28,633 nucleotides of DNA from Anaerohalosphaeraceae bacterium (lineage in GTDB: Bacteria; Planctomycetota; Phycisphaerae; Sedimentisphaerales; Anaerohalosphaeraceae), in NCBI GenBank assembly GCA_050309605.1, contig JBNRMN010000017.1, positions 1-28,633 on the forward strand, given 5' to 3'. Both the position numbers and the translations under genes were made by a program. Of the stretch, positions 1-8,115 are shown in pieces. A model generated the notes under the pieces. It saw nothing but the letters and a program-made list of their open reading frames with translations. It ran no database searches and was not told the origin of the DNA. Numbering within the stretch: the first letter of the stretch is position 1; each line of letters opens with the position of its first letter.

Positions 1-114
1 ACGCTCAAACAACGCGGATTAAACCCCGTGAATACAGTAAAAGAGGCGCTGAAAATCTATCTCAAAACCGGCCAGCTGCCGGCATTGAAAGAGTTCACTG
101 CTTCAAATGGCTAA
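1..114 (+). CDS. Partial CDS: C-terminal 37 aa of an IS66-like transposase
   Basis: Own translation: TLKQRGLNPVNTVKEALKIYLKTGQLPALKEFTASNG*. The TLKQRGxNP motif resembles IS66 transposase C-termini. Confidence 0.65.
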   Translation, partial: TLKQRGLNPVNTVKEALKIYLKTGQLPALKEFTASNG

Positions 115-122
115 AATCTTAC
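1..122 (+). mobile_element. Right end of an IS66-family (probably single-ORF ISBst12-type) insertion sequence, truncated by the window edge
   Basis: Transposase-like C-terminus in frame 1 stops at 112-114 and is followed within 8 nt by TTAC (119-122), the reverse complement of the conserved IS66 terminal GTAA. Confidence 0.65.
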
Positions 123-480
123 GAAAATTATTCTTTTCACTTAGAATCGACTGGTTTATGACGTGTATAGGTATTGTATTGGATACAGAAAACCTCTTTT
201 TTTGTGGGGACTAACTCGCTGTGTCCGCTCTGCCTTCTGGGTTCACCGATACGCACGGTTTAGTGCCCGCCAGCAGACACATCGTTTGGCGTTTGCATTG
301 GCGGCGAATTCATTCGTAGTTTGCGGTACGTTCACAGGTCGCAAGCCCCGACGGCCTTAATTTATCGGTTGACTTTCAGCCGGTTTTCATTTCTAATTGA
401 TCAACTCGTAAGCCGCATAAGAAGTGCTTATTATCTGCATTATTAACACTGAAAATACAAACAAAACAGGAGAATACTGT

Positions 481-3400
481 ATGCCCAAACGGGACGACAT
501 CCACAAGGTTTTGATCATCGGTTCCGGCCCCATCATCATCGGTCAGGCGTGCGAATTTGACTATTCGGGTACTCAGGCCTGTAAGGCGCTGCGCAAACTG
601 GGCTATGAAATTGTCTTGGTCAATTCCAATCCCGCGACGATTATGACCGATCCGGGGATGGCCGACCAGACCTATATCGAACCGCTGAATGTCGCATCGC
701 TGACCAAGATTATCGCCAAAGAACGGCCCGATGCACTGCTGCCGAATCTGGGCGGGCAGACGGGCCTGAACCTCGCGTCGGAACTGAACAAAGCGGGCGT
801 GCTTGAAAAACACGGCGTGAAAGTCATCGGCGTCCAGCTTGACGCGATTGAACGCGGGGAGGATCGGATCGAATTCAAAAAGACGATGGCACGGCTGGGC
901 GTGGAAGTACCCCGCAGCCAACCGGCTTACACCGTCGAACAAGCCGAGGCCATCGCCATGGAACTGGGGTTTCCGGTGGTGGTCCGTCCGGCCTATACGA
1001 TGGGCGGAACGGGCAGCGGACTGGTCTATAACGTGGACGAGCTGCGCCTTGTAGCCGGACGCGGGCTGGCCGCGAGTATGATCGGCCAGGTACTCATTGA
1101 AGAATCGGTGCTCGGCTGGGAGGAGCTGGAGCTGGAGGTCGTACGCGACGCCAAAGGACAAAAAATAACGGTCTGCTTCATCGAAAACGTCGATCCGATG
1201 GGTGTGCATACCGGCGATTCGTTCTGTACCGCCCCGATGCTGACCATCAGCGAGGAAGTCCAGCAGCGGCTCCAGAAGCACGCTTATGATATTGTCGATG
1301 GCATCGGCGTCATCGGCGGCACCAACGTGCAATTTGCTCACGATCCGGTCAGCGGGAGGATCGTGGTCATCGAGATCAATCCGCGAACCTCGCGCTCCTC
1401 GGCGCTGGCGTCCAAGGCGACCGGTTTTCCGATTGCCCTGATTTCCGCGATGCTGGCGACCGGTATGACACTCGATGAAATCCCCTATTGGCGCGAAGGG
1501 ACGCTGGATAAATACACGCCGTCGGGTGATTATGTCGTGGTCAAATTCGCACGCTGGGCGTTCGAGAAGTTCAAAGGCGTCCAGGACAAACTCGGCACAC
1601 AAATGCGGGCGGTCGGCGAGGTGATGAGCATCGGAAAAAATTACAAAGAAGCCTTCCAGAAGGCGATTCGTTCCCTCGAAACGGGGCGATATGGTCTGGG
1701 TTTTGCCAAAGATTTCAACCGATTGTCGCTGGACGAATTGATGCAGCGGCTGACCACGCCTTCGAGCGAACGGCATTTCCTGATGTATGAGGCCCTTCGC
1801 AAAGGCGCCTCGATGGATCAGATTTATGAAAAAACCAATGTCAAACGCTGGTTCATCGAGCAGATGGCCGAACTGGTGGCACTGGAAGAGAAAATACTCA
1901 AATACAAGGGCAAACGCCTGCCCGATAAGCTGCTCAAACAGGCCAAGCAGGACGGTTTTGCCGACCGTTATCTGGCCAAACTGCTGGGGACCACCGAAGA
2001 GGCAATCCGTCAGCAGCGCACCGGCCTGGGCATTGTCGAGGCGTGGGATGCGGTGCCGGTCAGCGGGGTGGAAAACGCGGCCTACTACTATTCGACGTAC
2101 AACGCGCCCGACCGCGTGGCCGTCAGCGATAACAAGAAAAAAATCATTGTCCTCGGCGGCGGCCCGAACCGGATCGGTCAGGGCATTGAGTTTGATTACT
2201 GCTGCGTGCATACGGCCTTTGCACTGCGCGATCTGGGGTATGAAACCATTATGGTCAACTGCAACCCCGAAACCGTCTCGACCGATTATGACACGTCCGA
2301 CAAGCTGTATTTCGAGCCGCTGACGGTTGAGGATGTCTTGAGCATCTATCAGAAAGAAAAACCGCTCGGTGCGATTGTGCAATTTGGCGGGCAGACCCCG
2401 CTGAACATCGCCAAACAGCTTGAAGAGGCTGGCGTCACCATCCTCGGCACATCCACCGATGCGATTGATCTGGCCGAGGATCGCGACCGTTTTCGTGCGA
2501 TGATGGAGCAGCTCGACATTCCAATGGCCGAGTCCGGCATGGCCAGTACACCCGAAGAGGCGCTGGCGATTGCCGCCAGGATCGGCTATCCGCTGATGGT
2601 GCGCCCGTCGTATGTGCTTGGCGGACGCGGCATGGAAATCGTCCACGATGAACAAATGCTGCGGCACTATATCGCCGCGGCGGTTGAGGTGACACCCGAA
2701 CGGCCGATTCTGATCGACCGCTTTTTGAGCAATGCCATTGAAGCCGAGGCCGACGCCATCGCCGACGGAACGGATGCGTTTGTGCCGACGGTCATGGAGC
2801 ATATTGAATTGGCCGGCGTGCATTCGGGCGATTCGGCCTGCGTCATCCCGCCGGTCTCCATCGCCAAAAAACACCTGGATACCATCGCCGATTATACCCG
2901 CAAAATCGCCGTGGCGCTGAAGGTCGTCGGGTTGATGAATATGCAGTATGCCATCGCAGACGATACCGTCTATGTCCTGGAGGCCAATCCCCGAGCCTCG
3001 CGTACCGTGCCGCTGGTCTCGAAGGTCTGCGGCCTGTCGATGGCCCGCATTGCCACCGAGATCATGATGGGCAAAACACTCAAACAGATCGGGCTAAAGC
3101 ACGTTACGTATCCGCACTTCGGCGTCAAGGAAGCCGTGTTTCCCTTTAATATGTTTCAGGAAGTCGATCCGCTGCTCGGACCGGAGATGCGTTCCACCGG
3201 CGAGGTACTGGGATTGGCCGACTCGTACGGACTGGCCTTTTACAAGGCGCAGGAAGCGACCCAACTGCCGCTGCCGCTGCAAGGAACGGTACTGATTACC
3301 GTAGCCGATGAGGATAAGCCGCTGGTTCTGGATACAGCGCGGCGTTTTGCCGATCTGGGCTTTAAAATTCTGGCCACGGGCGGGACGTACAGTTACCTCA

Positions 3401-3684
3401 CCGACAAGGCAATCACCGTCGAGAAAATCCAGAAAATGCACGAGGGACGCCCGCATATCCTTGACGCGATAACCAACAAAGAAATTGATCTGGTCATCAA
3501 TACCCCGGCCGGCAGCCAGAGCCAGTACGACGACTCCTACATCCGAAAAACCGCGATCAAACACAAAATTCCGTATATCACCACACCTGCGGCCGCCGCG
3601 GCAACGGTGCGCGGCATCGAGGCCAAATGCAAAGGCGAGGCCAGGGTCAAATCGCTGCAGGACTATCATGCGGATATTCGATAA
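481..3684 (+). CDS. carB: Carbamoyl-phosphate synthase large subunit
   Basis: Starts MPKRDDIHKVLIIGSGPIIIGQACEFDYSGTQAC; second ATP-grasp half GGGPNRIGQGIEFDYCC; C-terminal MGS domain. ATG at 481 is preceded by GGAG. Confidence 0.99.
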   Translation: MPKRDDIHKVLIIGSGPIIIGQACEFDYSGTQACKALRKLGYEIVLVNSNPATIMTDPGMADQTYIEPLNVASLTKIIAKERPDALLPNLGGQTGLNLASELNKAGVLEKHGVKVIGVQLDAIERGEDRIEFKKTMARLGVEVPRSQPAYTVEQAEAIAMELGFPVVVRPAYTMGGTGSGLVYNVDELRLVAGRGLAASMIGQVLIEESVLGWEELELEVVRDAKGQKITVCFIENVDPMGVHTGDSFCTAPMLTISEEVQQRLQKHAYDIVDGIGVIGGTNVQFAHDPVSGRIVVIEINPRTSRSSALASKATGFPIALISAMLATGMTLDEIPYWREGTLDKYTPSGDYVVVKFARWAFEKFKGVQDKLGTQMRAVGEVMSIGKNYKEAFQKAIRSLETGRYGLGFAKDFNRLSLDELMQRLTTPSSERHFLMYEALRKGASMDQIYEKTNVKRWFIEQMAELVALEEKILKYKGKRLPDKLLKQAKQDGFADRYLAKLLGTTEEAIRQQRTGLGIVEAWDAVPVSGVENAAYYYSTYNAPDRVAVSDNKKKIIVLGGGPNRIGQGIEFDYCCVHTAFALRDLGYETIMVNCNPETVSTDYDTSDKLYFEPLTVEDVLSIYQKEKPLGAIVQFGGQTPLNIAKQLEEAGVTILGTSTDAIDLAEDRDRFRAMMEQLDIPMAESGMASTPEEALAIAARIGYPLMVRPSYVLGGRGMEIVHDEQMLRHYIAAAVEVTPERPILIDRFLSNAIEAEADAIADGTDAFVPTVMEHIELAGVHSGDSACVIPPVSIAKKHLDTIADYTRKIAVALKVVGLMNMQYAIADDTVYVLEANPRASRTVPLVSKVCGLSMARIATEIMMGKTLKQIGLKHVTYPHFGVKEAVFPFNMFQEVDPLLGPEMRSTGEVLGLADSYGLAFYKAQEATQLPLPLQGTVLITVADEDKPLVLDTARRFADLGFKILATGGTYSYLTDKAITVEKIQKMHEGRPHILDAITNKEIDLVINTPAGSQSQYDDSYIRKTAIKHKIPYITTPAAAAATVRGIEAKCKGEARVKSLQDYHADIR

Positions 3685-3719
3685 GCCTGCGCATACGAAA
3701 CAAATGGGTCGAATCGGCC

Positions 3720-4541
3720 CTATTTTTTCTTCGTATGGTTCGCAGCGTGTGCGGGTTTTTGTTCGCCGTTTTTCAGGCCGCCGGCCCGGCGCAGATAGGC
3801 CAATTGGGCGCCTGAGAGTTTCTTGCATTGGCCGGCGGGAATGCCCTTCAGTTCAATATCACCGATGCGGGTGCGCTTCAGCGCTTTGACCTTATAGCCC
3901 AGCCGGGCGAACGAGCGGCGAACTTGACGATTTAGTCCCTGTCGAATCGAGATTTCAAGAATCGTCTCGACATGAGTCCGGCGAAGGACTCTCACGGCGG
4001 CCCGTTCCGTCTTGCCCTCGGACAGCCACACGCCCTTTTTGAGTTTCTCAATCGCCTCGCCGTCCAGCCGCCCGCGAACCGTCACCTCATAGGTCTTGGG
4101 CAGTTCATACCGCGGATGGGTCAGACGATTGGCCAGCTCGGCGTCGTTGGTCAGCAAAATCAGGCCGGTTGTTTCGACATCCAGCCGTCCCACGCAAAAG
4201 ACCCGCTCTTGGCATGGGGCCAGATCGATCGCCTTGGGCCGGCCCTGCGGGTCGCGATTGGTGCAGATGACGTTTTTGGGCTTGTTCAGCAGAAAATAGA
4301 CCTTGCGCTCCGGTCGAATGCGGCTGCCCTCAACGCGAATATCGTCTGTTTCCGGATTGGCAAACGCCGGCAGCGTATGCACCACCTCGCCGTTGACCGT
4401 CACCGCTCCGCTGAGGATCAGTTCCTCGCACCCGCGGCGGGAATCGATTCCCGCCGAGGCCAAAATCTTCTGCAGGCGGATCGGCTTGCCGGCCCGTCCG
4501 GAGGTCGGGGGTTTTCCGGTTGTTTTCTTATGTGCCGTCAT
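3720..4541 (-). CDS. rluB: RsuA/RluB-family rRNA pseudouridine synthase
   Basis: S4 domain RLQKILASAGIDSRR; catalytic VGRLD motif; LTHPRY..KTY; GLNRQVRR. The exact subfamily is inferred. Confidence 0.9.
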   Translation of the reverse strand: MTAHKKTTGKPPTSGRAGKPIRLQKILASAGIDSRRGCEELILSGAVTVNGEVVHTLPAFANPETDDIRVEGSRIRPERKVYFLLNKPKNVICTNRDPQGRPKAIDLAPCQERVFCVGRLDVETTGLILLTNDAELANRLTHPRYELPKTYEVTVRGRLDGEAIEKLKKGVWLSEGKTERAAVRVLRRTHVETILEISIRQGLNRQVRRSFARLGYKVKALKRTRIGDIELKGIPAGQCKKLSGAQLAYLRRAGGLKNGEQKPAHAANHTKKK

Positions 4542-4570
4542 CGGGTTTATTCCTTAAATAATTCACCCCG

Positions 4571-4599
4571 ACACTACCATAAAATCGCCCCCATGACAA
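4571..4599 (-). promoter_or_regulatory. Putative sigma-70 promoter for the pseudouridine synthase
   Basis: Minus strand TTGTCA-N17-TAGTGT, 30 nt upstream of the ATG, with AAGGA before the start. Confidence 0.45.
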
Positions 4600-4633
4600 C
4601 AGAAAACGGACCGGAAGGGGGGTACTTTGATAC

Positions 4634-4873
4634 AGATTGCCCTTGGCGGGTACGATGCAAGAGTTTGACCGGATCGAGCTGTTGGCGCTGTAGGCGCAAT
4701 TGATCCTTTACAGCATCCGCGATGGCGGGATGTTTCAGCAACCGATCGCAAGGAGTTGCAGGCGGTTGATAGGTGGGTTTTACTTTTGACCCTTCGCACG
4801 TTTTCTGAAGCAGCTTAAAAGACGGCTGGAAGAAGTTTACATACAAACGCGCAGCCTGGTAAAGATGAGCAAG
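4634..4873 (-). pseudogene. Internal fragment of an ISNCY-type (integrase-core) transposase
   Basis: LAHLYQAARLYVNFFQPSFKL..K...G.KV...Y.PPATPCDRLL.HP.....K..L..Q..QLDPV.LL resembles the post-catalytic segment of these transposases. No N-terminus or DDE core is present. Confidence 0.7.
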
Positions 4874-5147
4874 GCCGCCGGCTTGGGCGACCAGCCGCGA
4901 CGGGTTTTTGAGGAACTGGGAAAATTCGCCTGGTGGATCTAATCCTGCCGACGCGATCCGGCCCGTCACTCCGCCGCTGCTGTGTTAGTCAGCCGACGGA
5001 GTATCAGGCCATATTGCTCCAGCGGCTGGGCCTGAATCTGCCGAAACATCTGACGCTGACTGGACGCGGTTGAAATGAAATGGTGTGAAGACTTTCGTCG
5101 TTAGTAGGCCCAAAACAACGGTTTTGCCCCTAACTGCGGAACTTGGG
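4865..5147 (+). pseudogene. Frameshifted 3' remnant and probable right end of an IS1634-family element
   Basis: Own translation: MSKAAGLGDQPRRVFEELG, a 1-nt frameshift at ~4919-4921, then KIRLVDLILPTRSGPSLRRCCVSQPTEYQAILLQRLGLNLPKHL..* (TGA 5071-5073). AACTGCGGAACTTGGG at 5132-5147 resembles IS1634 termini. Confidence 0.7.
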
Positions 5148-5157
5148 TTAGCACCCG

Positions 5158-5940
5158 TTACAGCGAGGTGAGGACGAATTCCTTCTTGCGGGAGTCGAGC
5201 TGGGCTTTGAGCCGGTCAATAATGGATGAGTGCATTTGGGAGACTCGCGATTCGGACAAATCCAGCGTTGCGCCGATTTCCTTCATGGTCATTTCTTCGT
5301 AGTAATACAAGAATAAAATCAGTTTTTCCGCACGGGTCAGCCCTTTGGACAGCAGATTTTTCAGATCGCGTTTTTGCGCTTCGGTGACGGGGTTTTCGCT
5401 GCGCTGATCTTCGAGAATATCAATCTCGCGCATTTCCTTTTCGCCGTCGTTTTCGTTGAACTTATTATTCAGCGAAATCAGTCCGATGGCACTGGCGTCG
5501 CGCTGAAGCCGATGAAATTCCACTTTATCCAGCTCCATTTCCTCGGCCAACTCCTGCTCAGTGGGAATGCGTCCCAATTGAGCTTCCAGTGTCGCGCGCG
5601 CCCGCTCAAGCTGATGAGCACGAGAACGCACCAAACGAGGAACCCAATCCATATTGCGAAGTTCATCAAGAATACTCCCTCGGATCCGCGGCGCACAATA
5701 TGTCTCAAACTTGACACCCCGATTCGGATCGAAGGCGTCAATCGCATCCATCAGGCCGAAAATTCCCGCCTGGATCAGGTCATCCAAATCCACTTTGTCC
5801 GGAAGCTTGGCCCAGATACGCTCGGCCGTATATTTAACATTCTGGAGGTAGTGAACCATCAATGAATTGCGACACGTATCCGAGCGCGTTTCAAAGAATT
5901 CGTTCCAGATCTGTTCAATTTTCACCTGAGGAGCTTTCAT
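5158..5940 (-). CDS. fliA: FliA/WhiG-family RNA polymerase sigma factor (sigma-28)
   Basis: DLIQAGIFGLMDAIDAFDPNRGVKFETY..RIRGSILDELR.MDWVPR (region 2) and MTMKEIGATLDLSESRVSQMH (region 4); GGAGG RBS. Confidence 0.95.
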   Translation of the reverse strand: MKAPQVKIEQIWNEFFETRSDTCRNSLMVHYLQNVKYTAERIWAKLPDKVDLDDLIQAGIFGLMDAIDAFDPNRGVKFETYCAPRIRGSILDELRNMDWVPRLVRSRAHQLERARATLEAQLGRIPTEQELAEEMELDKVEFHRLQRDASAIGLISLNNKFNENDGEKEMREIDILEDQRSENPVTEAQKRDLKNLLSKGLTRAEKLILFLYYYEEMTMKEIGATLDLSESRVSQMHSSIIDRLKAQLDSRKKEFVLTSL

Positions 5941-6061
5941 AAAACCTCCGTGTTTTTTGTCAAGCCCGCATCACGCCATTTGTGACTGTGTCCGATAAGT
6001 GTCGCCGACCTGCGCATTTTGATATTCCCTGACTCATGCTAACGTCATCTCAAGCAGGGTA

Positions 6062-6089
6062 GAATCGTCCAATTGCGCGAGAAACTTTA
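6062..6089 (-). promoter_or_regulatory. Putative sigma-28 promoter upstream of fliA
   Basis: Minus strand TAAAGTTT-N12-GACGATTC, compared with the consensus TAAAGTTT-N11-GCCGATAA. The -35 overlaps the flhG stop codon. Confidence 0.5.
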
Positions 6090-6917
6090 AAAGAACCAAT
6101 TGACAACCTTGCGAAAAAAACCAGGGTTTCGGCGACTTGGGCATATCCCGTGTGCCAGTCGTGTGCCGATGTCATTTAACGAAGCGGCGAACGGCGAGTT
6201 GGGATAGGCCAACACCGTCGGCATCCGCTTACGCACTGCATTGAGAACCGAATCGTCTTTACACAACACCCCGGCGTCATACACGGGGAAATCCAAAAAC
6301 CGACTCGCCACATCTGCAATCTGGCGATAAATCATCCGTCCCTCGCTGACAGATCGGGTCATGTTGACCAGGACATTGACGCGGCCGGCGTACCCATTGG
6401 CAGCCAGTACCTTGATCATGGCATACGCATCCGTCATGGCCGTCGGTTCCGGCGTGGTTACCACAATCGTCTGTTCTGAAGCCAGACAAAATCCCACCAC
6501 ATTGGATTGAATGCCGGCGCCGGTATCGATAATCAAAAAATCCGCCCGATGGTGCAGTTTGTCCAGTCCGTCAAGCAATCGCTGGCGCTGAAACGTGTTC
6601 AGATTCGCCAGCATTTCGATCCCCGACCCGCCGCAGATGACCTCGACGCCCAGCGGACCGACGTGGATGATTTGATCAAGCTCGCGGCGTCCGGAAATCA
6701 CATGCGACAGGTTATACCGACTCTGAATATTGAGCACCACATCCAGATTGCCAAGTCCCAGATCGGCATCCATCAATACAACACGCCGATGCAGGCTCGC
6801 CAGGCAGAGCGCCAGGTTGGCGGCGATATTGGTTTTCCCGACGCCGCCTTTGCCGCTGGTTATCGCCAGGGCCGTTGCGCCGTGTGGAGAAGGTTCACTT
6901 AACGCCGGATGATACAT
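6087..6917 (-). CDS. flhG: FlhG/FleN-like MinD-family ATPase
   Basis: ITSGKGGVGKTN deviant Walker A, DADLGLGNLDV, IIDTGAGI, TTPEPTAMTDAYA, amphipathic C-terminus GFFRKVVNWFF; lies directly upstream of fliA. Start moved to ATG 6917. Confidence 0.88.
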   Translation of the reverse strand: MYHPALSEPSPHGATALAITSGKGGVGKTNIAANLALCLASLHRRVVLMDADLGLGNLDVVLNIQSRYNLSHVISGRRELDQIIHVGPLGVEVICGGSGIEMLANLNTFQRQRLLDGLDKLHHRADFLIIDTGAGIQSNVVGFCLASEQTIVVTTPEPTAMTDAYAMIKVLAANGYAGRVNVLVNMTRSVSEGRMIYRQIADVASRFLDFPVYDAGVLCKDDSVLNAVRKRMPTVLAYPNSPFAASLNDIGTRLAHGICPSRRNPGFFRKVVNWFF

Positions 6918-7084
6918 CGTTTTCGTCCCGGTAAAAAAGTCTTTAAGGTCATAAGCTGTCTGACATTGTCTGTCCGGAACGAACACCGGCACAACGCGGT
7001 TCGTCCCCCAGAGCAAACAAACACTCCAAATCGCTCTTATACCCGGCCGATAACCAATTTGCAAGCGGCGGAAAAAGGACGATT

Positions 7085-7531
7085 CTAATTTTTTTCCGCT
7101 TTGCCGCAGGGATAAACCGAATGACGCGATTGCTGATGGCGCAGCAATTCCGCGGCGATTCGATTATTCATTAAATTTTCAGAGAGCTTTTGTATCTGCA
7201 GTTTCAGATAATCATGCACATTGCTGCCCAGCAGGTCTTTGGCTTTGGCGTCCGGAACCGGCTGGATGTCAAAGCCGCCGCCGGTGTGAAACTGAATATG
7301 CGCGCTGTCGCAGAACAACAGCCGTTCCGAGCGAACGTGCTCTGAGACCGCCTCGGTCATCCGCTGCGCAAACTCCGCTTCCGGAAGATCCTGCGGGCAA
7401 TAGTTATCCTCGCGATAATCAAAAATATTACGGGTTAAGACGTCTCGTCGTCGCTCTGTATAGTCAATAATACGGAGCAGCAGTTCCGTAATATTGTCGA
7501 TTATCTCCGGCTCGGTTTTCATCGCGTTCAT
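7085..7531 (-). CDS. Hypothetical protein, divergent FlgB (basal-body rod)-like
   Basis: IIDYTERRRDVLTRNIFDYREDNYCPQDL parallels FlgB ..RqxviaxNIANxxTPgYxxxDl. C-terminal QIQKLSENLMNNRIAAELL parallels EMxxLaeN...aaxLl. The ANxxTP core is replaced. Confidence 0.6.
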   Translation of the reverse strand: MNAMKTEPEIIDNITELLLRIIDYTERRRDVLTRNIFDYREDNYCPQDLPEAEFAQRMTEAVSEHVRSERLLFCDSAHIQFHTGGGFDIQPVPDAKAKDLLGSNVHDYLKLQIQKLSENLMNNRIAAELLRHQQSRHSVYPCGKAEKN

Positions 7532-7623
7532 CCATTCATTCGGAAAATCATCTCATCGATTTTCTTTTGTTACAGGTATCTCGTGTTCAGGCAATGGTTC
7601 AGATTCATCCCTGCACGGCACAG

Positions 7624-7899
7624 TCAGGACATATGTTCGCCCACGGCCTCCTGACTGAACATGTCGCGAATCTCAGAAAGCGTCTTGGTCTTTCGCAGTT
7701 CCTGAATTCGCCACAGGCGTTCAAATACGGATTCGTCATACAGACGATGCCCGCCTTCGGTCCAGTCCGACTCCTGGATCAATCCCATCGTCGTATAGTT
7801 GTGGATGGTCTGGCGGGTGAAGGGGGTGTGCCGAATGATCTCGCCAATCCGATAAAGCTTGGCCGGCACTTTGAATTTGACGTCTTGCTGCGTCTGCAT
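7624..7899 (-). CDS. Small stand-alone MerR-type winged-HTH protein (91 aa)
   Basis: LYRIGEIIRHTPFTRQTIHNYTTMGLI....TEGGHRLYDES...RL..I..LR...TLSEIR. No effector domain. ATG 7899 is preceded by AAGGGA. Confidence 0.88.
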   Translation of the reverse strand: MQTQQDVKFKVPAKLYRIGEIIRHTPFTRQTIHNYTTMGLIQESDWTEGGHRLYDESVFERLWRIQELRKTKTLSEIRDMFSQEAVGEHMS

Positions 7900-7961
7900 T
7901 GCGCTGTCCCTTACTCCGATTGTCCTTACCTGTGCAAGAACGTGTTGCCTAAACAAAATAG

Positions 7962-7987
7962 TATTTACATTTTATAAAATGTAAATA
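7962..7987. promoter_or_regulatory. Perfect 26-bp palindrome, probable operator
   Basis: TATTTACATTTTATAAAATGTAAATA equals its own reverse complement and covers the -10 of the promoter below. Confidence 0.7.
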
Positions 7988-8005
7988 TAAAAATCTGAGT
8001 GTCAA
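7978..8005 (-). promoter_or_regulatory. Putative sigma-70 promoter for the MerR-type gene
   Basis: TTGACA (8005-8000)-N16-TACATT (7983-7978), with AT-rich upstream DNA. Confidence 0.55.
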
Positions 8006-8115
8006 TGAATTTTTTGAAATAAAATAAAAAATTATTTCATACCGAGGTTATAGGACTTTAAGGGAATGTATTTTTTTTGCTGTGGATGAGTACCAACAGA
8101 AATGCTCAAGAGCAA

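Noticed and set aside
163..360. 65-aa ORF, or a riboswitch upstream of carB
   Set aside because: No RBS or protein motif, and no riboswitch or PyrR-site consensus that I can recognise.
376..2874. 832-aa minus-strand ORF
   Set aside because: Antisense shadow of carB in GC-rich DNA; no recognisable motifs.
481..3684. carB without an adjacent carA
   Set aside because: Split carA/carB is common in bacteria and not notable.
4574..4969. 131-aa ORF as an intact gene
   Set aside because: It is a chimera: the first ~32 codons are the antisense of the IS1634 fragment, the middle is a transposase fragment, and the tail overlaps the rluB promoter.
6918..7064. Extended N-termini in the ORF track (flhG here; likewise carB, MerR, kinase, yitJ, RNase Z, top6A, yggS)
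   Set aside because: The extensions lack family similarity and often overlap promoters; downstream ATGs fit better.
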